From Callorhinchus milii (Eukaryota): 64,000 bases of DNA. Made by a program: the position numbers and the translations under genes. Shown in pieces: positions 50,800-62,700 of the stretch. Where the stretch lies: NCBI RefSeq assembly GCF_018977255.1, contig NW_024704743.1, positions 115,384,001 to 115,448,000 of the forward strand, read 5' to 3'. Every line of letters starts with the position of its first letter. Position 1 is the first letter of the stretch. The notes beneath the pieces were generated by a model. It made no database searches and was not told the DNA's origin. It worked only from the letters and a program-made list of their open reading frames with translations.

Positions 50800-52030
50800 C
50801 ACTTCACCCCCCCAATCGCTTCGACAGCAGAAGCTGATCGTTTGCACCATTTCAATTGCAAAACCACGCACGAATCGTTTCCAAGCTCCTTCCCGCTTCC
50901 GTGAGAAAGCCCCTGGTACGTTTTCGCAAGTCAATTTTTTTTTCCCAAAAAAAATCGATTAAGTTTCAAACGAAAAATAAAGAGAGAGGAGAAAAAAAAA
51001 TTGCACCCGCGAAGCGTTTGCAAGTGACTTTCCTCGGCGACGAGAACGCATTCGCGTGCACAGGCTCTACCTCCTCCTCCCCCCCCCCGGGGGGTGGGCA
51101 CTAAAAAAAACAATTAGCGGGAAATGCACTTATTTGCAAAAAAAATCTTTCCGAGGGCTTTGCATTAACCTTTTTTGCAACATAACTCCCCCCCCCCACA
51201 CCCACACACTCTCCACCGCCGGAGAGGAAAAAAAAAGCCTCGTGCAACCAACACCCCAACTCCCCGGGAGGAAGCCGCTCCTTTTTTTTTTCGCAGGGCT
51301 GCAAAAGGTGGGGAGAGTGGAGTGGAGGAGAGAGATGGTGGTGGGGGGCAGAGTGAGTGGGGAGGGAGGGAGGGAGAGGGAGGGAGAGCCTGAACTGAGC
51401 TCGTGCCGCCGGCCGCCATATTGGAATGTTCACAATGTTTTCCCAGAGCGCAACGCGGCCGACGGGTTGTCAACGGTCAGAGTGAGTGAGTGTGAGAGAG
51501 AGTGAGACGCAGCGGCGGCGCTCAGTGCGTCCCGGACTCTGACACTATATATATACACACGCACACACCCACACTAATACAAACTACTATTGTGAGCAGC
51601 CGCAGCAACGACGACGACAACGGGATCGAATCACGGATGAAATCTCTCCGGCCGCCGAGAACGAGAAAGCAACGGACCGTGTAACGGCTTTTTTTTTCTA
51701 CCGAGCGACGGTTTTTTTTTTGTCGGCGCGCGCGCGCGCGCACCCGCACACGGCGACTCAAACACAAAGTAAGTGGCTTTTTTTTTTCCCCTCTCCTCTT
51801 TTCGCGTTTGCTTTAAAATGTGTGGACGCGCGCGCGTGTGCTCGTGCTCCCGCGGTGTCGCTGTGTGTGTGTGTGTGTTGTGTGTTGAAGCTGATTTCTC
51901 CCCTGTGTTTCCTCTCCTCCCTCATCTTAAAACAAATCTCACTCACTCACTCACTGACTCGCTCCACTCACTCACTGGAGACGTACCAACTGCCAAAATA
52001 GCCGAAGATGAGTGAAGCGCCACCGCCCCC
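50800..52030 (+). promoter_or_regulatory. CpG island promoter of a divergent plus-strand gene (PTK2 expected by synteny, unproven)
   Basis: CpG-rich block with YY1 consensus GCCGCCATATTG at 51412-51423, GGGAGGG tracts, (CG)n runs and a consensus donor AAA|GTAAGT at 51768/51769. Confidence 0.75.
51440..51768 (+). other. Probable non-coding first exon of the plus-strand gene (start approximate)
   Basis: Lies inside the CpG island and ends in GTAAGT. No recognisable coding exon follows within the window. Confidence 0.5.
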
Positions 52031-52045
52031 ATTGGTGATCTGCTT

Positions 52046-52625
52046 CCACCCCACATACCCTCCCCCATACACCTCCACACCCCCCCCTTACCCCCCCACA
52101 CACATCCCCCCACACACCTCCACACCCCCCCCCCTTACCCCCCCACACACATCCCCCCATACACATCCCCCCACACACATCCCCCCCATACACTTCCACA
52201 CACCCCCCCTCCACACCACCCCCTCACCCCCCCCACACACCACTCCCTCACCCCTCCCACACACATCCCCCCATACACCACACCCCCATCCCCCATACAC
52301 CTCCACACTCCCCCCTCCACACCACCCCTTCACCCCCCCACACCCCACCCCCATCCCCCCCATACACCTCCACACCCCCCTCCACCTCCATACCACCCCC
52401 TCACCCCCCCACACACATTCCCCCATACACCTCCACACACCCCCTTCCACCCCCATACCCACCCCCCACCCCCCCCCCATACACCTCCACACTCCCCCCT
52501 CCACCACCCCTTCACCCCCACACCCCACCCCCCCATACAGCTCCACACCCCCCTCCACCTCCATACCACCCCCTCCCCCCCACACACATCCCCACCACCA
52601 CCACCACACACACTTTCCACCCCAC
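52046..52625. repeat. C/A-rich low-complexity minisatellite-like tract (~580 bp)
   Basis: Degenerate units such as cccccatacacctccacacc; almost no G on the + strand. Confidence 0.9.
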
Positions 52626-54278
52626 AATCCTTTATAAAAGTTGGTCTGGTTTGGGGGCAGTGTAATCTGTTGCTGACCTGTGTTGGGTGTTTTTTTTTGC
52701 TGTAAGTGTGTCATTGTTTAATTCATTAAAAATACTCCTAAGATTAAAAAGCTAATTTTCTGCTGAGCCAGAGGTGTATGTGGTGCAGTGGCTGGTGACT
52801 CACATATTCCACTTGGTATCGTTGTTGCTGTTTGTATATAAACAGTTAAAACCCAACTTGTGTATATTAGGTGTGCAAATAACTGGTGTGTGTGTATATA
52901 AAGTGACGAGGGTATATTACAGTATATACGTTAATGTTACATGGATTAAATGCAGAAGGGATGCTGGTGCTGTGGCTGTTTGCTGTTGAGAGCTGCAGTG
53001 GCTCCACACTCACTTTTACGGCTGCAGAGACATTGCTTCGCTTTTGGCTGTGGCTCTACCAACTGGGCTTGTTGTTGTTCAGTTGGATATCCGGAATTTG
53101 GAGAGGCTCATTTCAGATCCCTCAGGGTTTATAAAAACGTCTTTATCCATTCTGACCATCGCTTAACAACGGCGAACATCTGATTTTAGACTTCCCTGTT
53201 GCAGGAGTTTTTTTTAAAAAAATGTTTTAAACGAAATCTTCATTTTACACAGAATGAACCCATCTGTCTAATACAATGCAACGAACCAGAGTTTGGCAGT
53301 CCTCCATGAAGCGGTGGTGTTCTGCAGAGCAGTAAGACTAAAACTAGTGCGAGTCTCCCTTTCTAATCCCTTTTATATAACAAGTAGTATAAGACAGATG
53401 TTGCTCATGAACTGAGGTAAAGGAGAAAACGCACATGTCCATTTTTCATTGTTTTGCTCGGGAAATAATTAATTGGTGTGAACAAAATGAATGCCCATGA
53501 TTTGTCTTAAATGAAAGGTGTATTGTTGACTTTAATCATTTGAAGATATTTCAGTATATTATTTCTTTCTGGTAATCTTGGTACAGGGTGTTCAATAAAC
53601 AGGGTTTGATTTCAGGTTCTAGATTCTCCTAGTCTTTTAAAAGGAGTTCTATTAATGCAGTGAAAAATAGTTAGAACAAATAAAATGTTAGAACGGTATC
53701 TGACCCATCATTTAAAAATAAATCATACCTTTTTTTGACAAATGTGGAATTTAAAGGAAAATGTATTGCTTTTAAACAGTAATCTACAGAATTGTTCCAC
53801 ATTTTGCAGTATAGTGACATTCATATAGACATAAAATCATATCCTGTGTGTGTAAAACTCATTATCTTGCAATCAACAATGTTTATTATCTAAACCTTAT
53901 TACTTTCATTCAGTCTATCCATTGCTACAAAGGCTAGGATTTGTAACTAAAAATATAAGAATGTACACGACAGAAGAAAGCTATAGTAAAATAACGAATT
54001 GTCAACTACTCTATCTCTCATATACCCTTAAAAATGTATTTCTTCACCAAATATTTATTTGAATCCCTTGACTACTTTCTGTTTGCAATAGCTGAACCTG
54101 AACTGTCTCTTTGCATTTCGCTTTCTGAATTTGAGCCTGCTTCCACCATTGTAGAGTATGTTAAGTATATTATTAATATTACATATTAGTATAATATTAT
54201 TACAGTATATTCTGTAAAATGCTTTGAGATGTCTCAAATACATGATAAAGCGCTATATCAAATGTAAGGATCATTATA

Positions 54279-54403
54279 AACAAAATGCAAAATACTGCAG
54301 ATGCTGGAAATCTGAAACAAAAATGTGGACCCGAAACGTTGAATCATTTTCTCCATAGATGCTGCCTGACCTGCTGAGTGTTCCCAGTGACTTCTGGTTT
54401 TGG
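54279..54403. mobile_element. Penelope-like pLTR fragments joined in inverted orientation
   Basis: aaatactgcagatgctggaaatctgaaacaaaaa (antisense 3' end) joined to gtggacccgaaacgttg...agatgctgcctgacctgctgag. Confidence 0.6.
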
Positions 54404-54658
54404 CACGGATTATTATTATTAAAGCTGTTCATTCATCTTTGTTTGGAAACTAATTATACTGCTACTTATGCTGCAATTGGCTTTCTTAGAACTGAAATTG
54501 ACACTACTCGAGATTTTGTTAAATTTACATTATACTGCACCTTGTTTAAGATTCATGCTGTTAGTTTAGTTGTGATTCAAAAATTGCAAGTGAGATTTTC
54601 TTTTGATTTCTTCCACAAAGTAAAACAATGTGTTAAATCAGTAATGCCTAAAATGATT

Positions 54659-54986
54659 ATAATAATAATAATAATAATCCTTGCATTTGATATAGCGCTT
54701 TTCACGTCGGGAGGACGTCCCAAAGCGCTTCACAGAACACACTGTAAAGTGAATTGACTGTATATTTGTGGGCGAATGCGGCAGCCAATTGCGCACAGCA
54801 ATGTCCCACAAACAGTCGTTGATTGAAAATGACCAATTTCTTATTGTTTTTGGTTTTGGAGGGATTATTATTAGGCGTGTGGAGTAAGGAAACTTGCCCA
54901 AGGTTTCTCCCTGACCTGCCTGGAATTGAACCCAGGTCTCTCGCTTGCAAAGCGAGTGCTCTAACCACTGAGCTACAGGAATCCAC
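54659..54986 (-). mobile_element. Young tRNA-derived SINE
   Basis: Near-consensus copy. Confidence 0.92.
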
Positions 54987-55414
54987 GGCATTGGCATTGA
55001 TGAGCAATTGTGGTATTAAAGAGCTGTACTGTCTGCTGCTCTCATTATTTTATGCACTGGAATTAATATATTTATTTGAGCTACATCAACATCAGCCAAA
55101 ATATAACTTGTGGTCTGAATTTATGGACGTAAACACAGATAGCTTGTATTTCTTTTGCACTGTTAATTTTGAGTTGCAAAATTGGTAGCAGAATTTTACA
55201 TTGTGAAGGCAAGCATTGTTGCAGCAAAAAGGGAAGCTTTTCCAACACTGTTGGACCAGTTACAAATTCATCACACTGTAGTACTATTCACTGTAGTCAA
55301 ATCATATTTCAGGCACCATATTCAATGTAATATATATCTTGTCATATCTTTTTTTCCTTGTAGTGTTAATGTTTTTTTACCTTCATTTTCACTTTGCTCA
55401 TGTTTTTGTGCCTC

Positions 55415-56600
55415 TGCCTCCTCGTCCTCCTGGATCCCTCTGCCGAGTTCGCCACAGTCAACCACGCCATCCTCCTCCATCGGTTCTCCTCCCTCCTTAA
55501 TTGGCTCTCCTCCCTCATCTACCTTAGTGGGACTGCACTTGCATAGTTCGAGTCCTACTTAACCAACCGCCTCCATTTCATCTCAGCAAATGATTTCTCC
55601 TCCCGCCCCAGTCCGGTCACCTGCGGGGAACCCCAGTGCTCCATCCTTGGCCTCTTCTTTTCACCTTCCTCTGGCCAGTGTCATCCGCAGACACGGCATA
55701 AACTTCCACAGGTATGCAGATGACACACAAATCTACTTTACCTCCTTCAGTACCAACCCTAGGTCCGTCAATGTTCTATCAGCTTGTCTGGCAGACATCA
55801 AGGCCTGGATGAGTAAACTTCCTGCAGCTGAATATGGACAAGACGGAAGCCATACTCCTTGGCTCTCATCAACATCTTCACTCCTGTGGATCTAAACTCA
55901 ACCTCCTTGGGCTCTCCCTCAGACTCACCGAACCAATGCGTAATCTAGGCGTCCAGTTCGACTCCCAATTGTCCTTGTGCATGCGTTTGCCACCTCCAGC
56001 TTGGATTACTCCCAACGCAATTCTCGCCAGTCTCCCCAGCTCCACCATTCACAAGATCCAGCTCATTCAAAACTCTTCTGCCCGCATATTGACCCGGAAC
56101 AAACTTTGTACCCACATCTCACCAGTTCTGGCCAGGCTCCACTGGCTCCCCGTCACCAAATGGATTGACTTCAGGATCCTCACTCTCGTGTTTAAATCCA
56201 TTCACTCCCTGACAACAACAACAACAAGATTACATTTATTGAGCGCCTTTCTCGTCGGGAGGACGTCCCAAGGCGCTGACACCTCCCTACCTCTCTGTTC
56301 TCCTCACTCCCCATTCCACCACCCGGCGCCTCCATTTGACTGGCACCGGCCTCTTGGTCGTCCCTCGTACCCTCCACCCCACCATCGGAGATCGTGCCAC
56401 TATGCCCCCAAACTCTGGTACACTCTCCCTCAATCCCTCCTCTTTGCCCCCTTTCTCCCCTCTTTCATGTCCTGCTTGAAAACTTTCTTGTTCGACCATG
56501 CTTACGGTCACTCCCCTGGCTTGGAATCAGACTCCGCCACTGTTAAGCGCTCTGAGACGCTACCTGCATGGAGGGTGCTATATAAGTGGAAGTTGTTGTT
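55415..56600 (+). mobile_element. Degenerate L2 (RT + tail) with a tiny nested antisense L2 tail (56215-56275)
   Basis: [30 protein letters not shown] ctgaca around the nested piece. Confidence 0.88.
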
Positions 56601-56779
56601 TTTACACTTTCCACTTACTGTACTTGGGTAGGTGGGTTTACAGGGTCGCCACTTGTTTGTGTGCCTGCATTAAAAATGATTGGTGGCAACTTATTTACGA
56701 TTGTGGAAAGTATTGCAGCAGAAACATTCTACTGTAAAGTTTTAAATCTGGGAAAAATCTTTGTTTTCAGGGTCACAGG

Positions 56780-57425
56780 ATCCTGAGCTTTTTTCCACCT
56801 CCATCACATTGCTCGCCTCCGTCCGTACCTCACAACTATCGCAATTGAAACCTCGTCCACACCCTCATCACTTCCCGGCTGGACTATTCAATGCCATCTT
56901 TGCAGGTCTCCCCAACCCCACCATACACAAAATTCAATTAATCTCAAACTCCGCTGCCCGGATCCTAACACGCACAGAACTCTGTACCCCCATCACACCA
57001 CTTCTTGCCAGGCTCCACTGACTCTCAATTACCGAACGGATCGATTTCAAGATCCTCTCATTCATTGTGAAATCCCTTCATGCCCACCCAATCACCTCCC
57101 TACCTATCCAACCTGCTTACCCCCCACTCCACCACCCGCTGCCTCCACTCGGCTGGCTCCGGCCTCCTGTTTGGCTCTCGTCCTCTCTCCTCCAAAATCA
57201 ATGACCGTAACTTCAGCCACTACGCCCCGAAACTCTAGAACTCTCTCCCTCAATCCCTCTGCCTTGCCCCCTCCCTCCCCACTTTTAAATCCTTCCCCTC
57301 AAAGACCTTACTTTTTGATCGTGCTTATAGTTATCTCCCTCTCCCTCTGGCTCGGTATCACACTCCGCCAATGTCAAACACTCTGGGATGTCTGTAGGCT
57401 ACTAATTAATTCCAAGTTGTTGTTA
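56780..57425 (+). mobile_element. Degraded L2 3' part
   Basis: IHKIQLISNSAARILTR, LARLH. Confidence 0.8.
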
Positions 57426-58734
57426 ATGATATTCACCTTTAATTTTTAGANTTTTTTTTCAATTCTAGTATTTGTATGAAGGCAGAAAAGTATCTTTGGA
57501 ATTGCTAGGAAAGGGCTTGAATAATTTCTTCATTATCTCGCAGACATCCTGTAATGATAGTTTTTCTTTTTGAAACTGGCTGCTTCATTTCCTGTGCACT
57601 GTATTTTTAAAGGGCGGAGGGGAGGAAGAAGAATACATGAGACTTAATTCAGTTTTTAGTTATCTAACCCATCTGAGAATGCTGACTTATGGAAGGAAAA
57701 AGCTTGGAGAGTATTTATTTTGAGTGGAGACAAAGTGGACAATATTTGAAGTTTGTGCCAAAAATCCAGTCCTTTAAATGCAAGATAACAAGATCAAACC
57801 CTGCAAAGCTTGTAATACAGTATTACAATATTTGTGTAATGTTTCAAATTTGACATTGAAATAATACATGAAATTATTCCAACGAAGCATTTGCCGTGTA
57901 AGGTATGTCTACAATGAAAAGTTTAAAAACGGTAACTAACTGAACTGCATATCTGTTGTGAAGTCTGTCTGTGAAGCATTTCTTCCATGCTCTCTTATTC
58001 TTGCCATCTCCTTACTTGATCCCTATAATTTATGGACCAACTCTCTAAAACCTGCTGTATTGACAACTGTTGTGGCTGCCATTAGTACTGCAGAATTGCA
58101 AGATAGTTATATAGCTTTCTGAAGCTGCAGTGCTCCACAGTTTACCCTATTATTACGATTAAAAGCGCTCTGGGACGTTAGCCTGCGTGATTGGTGCTAT
58201 ATAAATGCAAGTTTTTATTGTTGATTTCAAAGCTTTGGCATATAGGATGTCACAGAATTACTTGAAATGGCTTTGTAATATAAACGGAAGTGTAATATAG
58301 TATTGTAAGTGTAGAACTGACCACTGCAGAAAAGTTACTACCTGAAAGTTTAGAGAAAAGTGATTTATGGAGTCCCTTATCTTCAAAATACATTCACTCT
58401 ATTTTGAGTTGTGTTTATTTCAAATTATAGAAAGAAAACCAGTCATCAGTAAGTTTTAATTTCATAAATAGATTGTATGCACCAATGCAAGTTTGCAAGA
58501 CAATTTATAAATAAATAATCCTTGCATTTGATATAGCACCTGATCACTCCATCTAAACATCTCTCATATCTTCATAGGAGCTTGCTGTAAAGTGTAAACT
58601 ATAAATGTTTATTTGTAGGCAATTTAAAAAAACAGTGATTTGAAGCTATTGTTAATTTTTAATGGAGTAATGTAGCAGTTGAGTCTCTTTAGGCTGCACA
58701 TTTTTTTAAAAAAAGATTAATTGCCCACTCCCTT

Positions 58735-58783
58735 TACCTCCTTGTGCATAAGACCTTACAAAGGTCTTATACACAAGGAGGTA
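58735..58783. repeat. Near-perfect inverted repeat (23-bp arms, 3-nt spacer)
   Basis: tacctccttgtgcataagacctt-aca-aaggtcttatacacaaggaggta, one mismatch. Confidence 0.9.
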
Positions 58784-59713
58784 TTATACACCAAGTTGAC
58801 ATCCTACACAATAATGATACTATATACGGATGAAAAAGTCCCTGGATTAATACCGCAGAAGACAAGTCAACCAAAGGAGCATAATTTCAAATGAGTGTTT
58901 CCTGTTTATGTCGTGAGAAAAAGTTATCTTTTTAGTTCTCTTAAACAAAGATTTTTGGGAGGGTGTGGGGTTTGTGGCTCAAATAGTTCTTATAGATTGG
59001 GATTAAATATGAACTAGTATTGAACTAATTATTCAAGGACCTATTGGTTTTGATTTGAGATGATTTAGTGGTTTTGTTCCCTTAATATTGAGCCAATTTT
59101 ATGAATTCTGTGGATCATTTTAAGAGCTGCAAGGAAACCATTTTCTGGAAGTATAATAAGGATCCATGGGTTTGATGAGCTTCCTGCTAACTGCCCTGTT
59201 GCTCATGTAAATGAAGGTAAATAGGATTGAATCAGGAACTGTGTGGTTTGTTAATGATGGGCATCCTGTAACTAGTAGAACAATGTAGATTGGTAGTTAT
59301 TGTAACTTTGATTTTTGATTGATAATTAAGATATTAATGCAGAGGTATAGTGGAACTATTGCTATTGATGTTTTTTAAATTGAAAAAAAATAATTTTGGG
59401 CGGAGGGGACTTTTTAATGTGACTCTGCATTATTTTATCCCTCCAATCTATTGGCTGAATTACTGCTGCTGTCAGATTGACTGAACACGAACAGACCAGG
59501 GAAAAAGTCGACTCCTCTCTCAGCCTTCGCTTTTGTTCAGCAGAGGAGATGGCAAAAATAAATTTCAAATTGAATTTCACATGCATGAGGAAGTTGTCTT
59601 GTTACAAACATGATGATGCCAGTGATTTGCATTTTCATGAAATGTAATTTTCCATGAATGCCCTGAAGTTTGACGCTGGACTTTGAGTTAAGTGCACTGC
59701 AATATGAAAGCAG

Positions 59714-59772
59714 CATAATAATCCATGCATTTGATATAGAACCTCTAACCACTGAGCTACAGGACTCCACAA
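59714..59772 (-). mobile_element. Internally deleted SINE (head fused to tail)
   Basis: ataataatccatgcatttgatatag joined to ctctaaccactgagctacaggactccac. Confidence 0.8.
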
Positions 59773-62700
59773 GCATAAGTTCCTGAAGTTGATAGTGGGA
59801 GTTCCCTGAATTAACATTTACTAAAAATGATCATTAACCTGGGATGCTTCAGCAATATTGTGATTGCTTATTGATAACTTTGCAGTTCTGAATGTTGCAA
59901 GTCCGATGTGCTGATTAGAAACGTGTTCACATCCATAATTCTTCAAGCAGCAAATTTTATTGTCTGTCTTTTACTTCAAGAGAAAATGAGAATAGGGGCT
60001 AGGTGCTTTTCTCTTGAAGACTGAGAAAAATCTGTTTCTTGTTATTTTCACCTACTCGTAGAGCATTAAAGGCAGAAATTTATATCAAGTTTTCCACCTT
60101 CCATCTCAGGTGGCCATAGTGTATGATATGGGAAATGGCAAGAAACAACTTTGTTGGGCCGGTAACTTCTTCCAAGTTACTTTCTCTAAATGTTCAGAAG
60201 TTAATTTTAAGTACAAATCTTGTTTTAGTTAATCCAAAGTTAACTAGATAGAAAAAGTGATCAAACAAAATCTCAGGTATTACAATTTAAGTATACACAT
60301 TATCTGATGCTTCTGTTTAAAACAGCAGTGTTTGTTTCATTCCTAGAACAGCCAAGCTTTTTTTCTGAAATTAGCTAATGATTTCCAGTACTATTTACAG
60401 TCTTTATATAACCCTAATAGATTAGAAAAGCACTCTTCTTCTTTGTTCCCTCTACGCCACAATTTGGAGCAATGCTTTCAGCTACTATGCCCCAAATCTC
60501 TTTGCCTCAATCTCTCCGTCTTACCCCACCTCTGCCTATTTTCAAATCATACCTGAAGACTATCCTCTTCGACTGTGCGTTCAGTCACCTCCCTTTCTGG
60601 CTCAGCATCGTGTCATGCTGCTGTTAAGTACTCCAAGGTGCTACCCGCTTAAAGGGGGTTACGTAAATGCAAGTTGTTGTTCTTTCTTTCTTCTCGCCAA
60701 CACCACACCACAGAAGTTATCTCTGTAATAATGCTGCAGAGCCTTGGTGCTTTTGAAGACTTGATGGGTGTAGTGTAATTATGATGGTATGGAATATATT
60801 CAAAAAGTAATTACAAATAATGTACGTTTGGCTTATTTCTCATAAGTAATCAAAACTAATGTGAATATAATAAATGTCATCTCTTTTCTGCAAAATAAAA
60901 CGGGAGATGTTCTACTGTTAGAATGGGTTAACTTTACACTTTGTGACTTTTGTGTGTACTTGTTTTCCATCTGATGGAAAGTGAAGTTCTTTCAGGTGGA
61001 TGTTAAACATCTCATGATCCAATTTAAAAAGAAATGGGTGTTGAGGTATTAAAACAATGACCTGTTTGCTTGTTGTGGGTTAGCAGGAAGTCCAAATATC
61101 TCATTGCACCGGGGATTTATCTTGATATCCTAACCAATTATCCTCTTTCATTGATCAAAAAAGCTCATTAAATTGAACCATTCATTTTGTTAGTGTTTCT
61201 GGAGTGGTGCCAACAAAATAAGAGTAGCTCACTTCAAACTAATTCATTTATGAGAAGTTTTAATGTGACAAGATGCTGTATCAAACGTAAGTATTGTTCA
61301 TTAGTATTTATTCATTTGTGTCTCCCGATCCTTCTTTTGGCTGAAATAACTAGGTTTACAAAGCTCTCTAAGACGTTACCCCACATAAAGGGTACTATAT
61401 AAATGCAAGTAGTTATTTTTGAAAAAACTAATAATTTCCTCTCACCACCTACATTCCATGCTCTAAAGTTTTTGTTTCTGCATAGCTCATCCATTTTCAT
61501 TGGGGGTCAATCTTAGTACCACAGAGAATTTGGGCAAGAACTTTTGGCTGAAAGAGAGGAGTTTTGTTCCAGGATGGAATTGCAGTTTCACTTCCATGTT
61601 TCCATAAACAGGCCAAATGATCTTTACTAGAATGTGTAGTTAACTTATAAGGCACAGCTACTTTAATTTTTTTCCCACCAAGACAGACACTCATTTTTGC
61701 CTGCAGTCATAATTGTGGCAAATACCTAGCGAATGGATTACAAATCAAAGCAAAGGCTAATGAGCACAGTAACAAGATGAAGGCTGAGTCCTGGGATACA
61801 TGTGTATAGGATTGATGCCACATTAATTTGAAGTTGCTTTTATTACACCACACCATCGTTTGTGTATGTCAGCCTGCCTCAGTTGGTAGATCTGAAACAG
61901 AGGTTGTAAATCCAAGCCCCATGTAAGATTAAGGGGTTTGCTTTTAAAAGCCTAGTTTTATAAAAATGTCTGATGGAAAAGTAGAGTGTTGACGTTTTTT
62001 ATAAAAAATATAGACGCAATAGAACGTCCTGCACGATCTGCATATAGTGGAGCAAAATATACCTCTACCAAGTATGAATCCAGTGATTTAACATCCAGCA
62101 TAGTCATGGCCTGATGGCTGCCTTATAAAGAATGAAAAGGAGGCAGAGTGAAATGCTAAATGTAGGGAATTGAAGGAGTAATGAGACCTCTGTTGGACCA
62201 AACTGCCAGAAATAAACCAACAACTGCAAGAACTACCATTTAGGCAAAACTGGGATCAATGAGATGTCCCACCTTAGTCCGTGAGATCCATTCCACAGGA
62301 ATGGGCTAGAAGTAGTGAAATGGTTTAGAAGCAATTGTAATGTTCCCAAATCAAGGACTACAGGATGCGGGAGTGGTTGCTGACCCAGTCACATCCTCTC
62401 CAATATTCATTTCATATCTGAGGTTTCCAGAAATGTAGACAAACTGGCTTGTGATAAGATGAAGAATCCTGACTTTTCCCTCGTCCAAAGATCCTTGCTT
62501 GATACATTTTTCATTTCTTCACTTAAACATTCTTTATGACCACCCATGACTTGAAATGATTAATTAAGGTCCTTTGAAAGCAAACTTCAAAACTGCCCCC
62601 CTTTAACCTGAAATAGTTAAATAGGATTCTGAGGTTGTCACTGGCTAAGCAACATAATTGGTGGCTTCTGGAATTGAAAGAATTGGCAGATTTGGAAATA

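Noticed and set aside
52008..52714. Pro/His/Thr-rich and Gly-rich 200-aa ORFs
   Set aside because: Translations of the low-complexity C/A tract.
57451..57451. Single N base
   Set aside because: An assembly ambiguity or gap marker next to a poly-T run, not biology; local contiguity should be treated with caution.
57544..57902. Possible internal exon of the plus-strand gene (acceptor ttatctcgcag, donor AAG|GTATGT)
   Set aside because: No recognisable ORF or homology, and such site pairs arise by chance. Needs RNA-seq.
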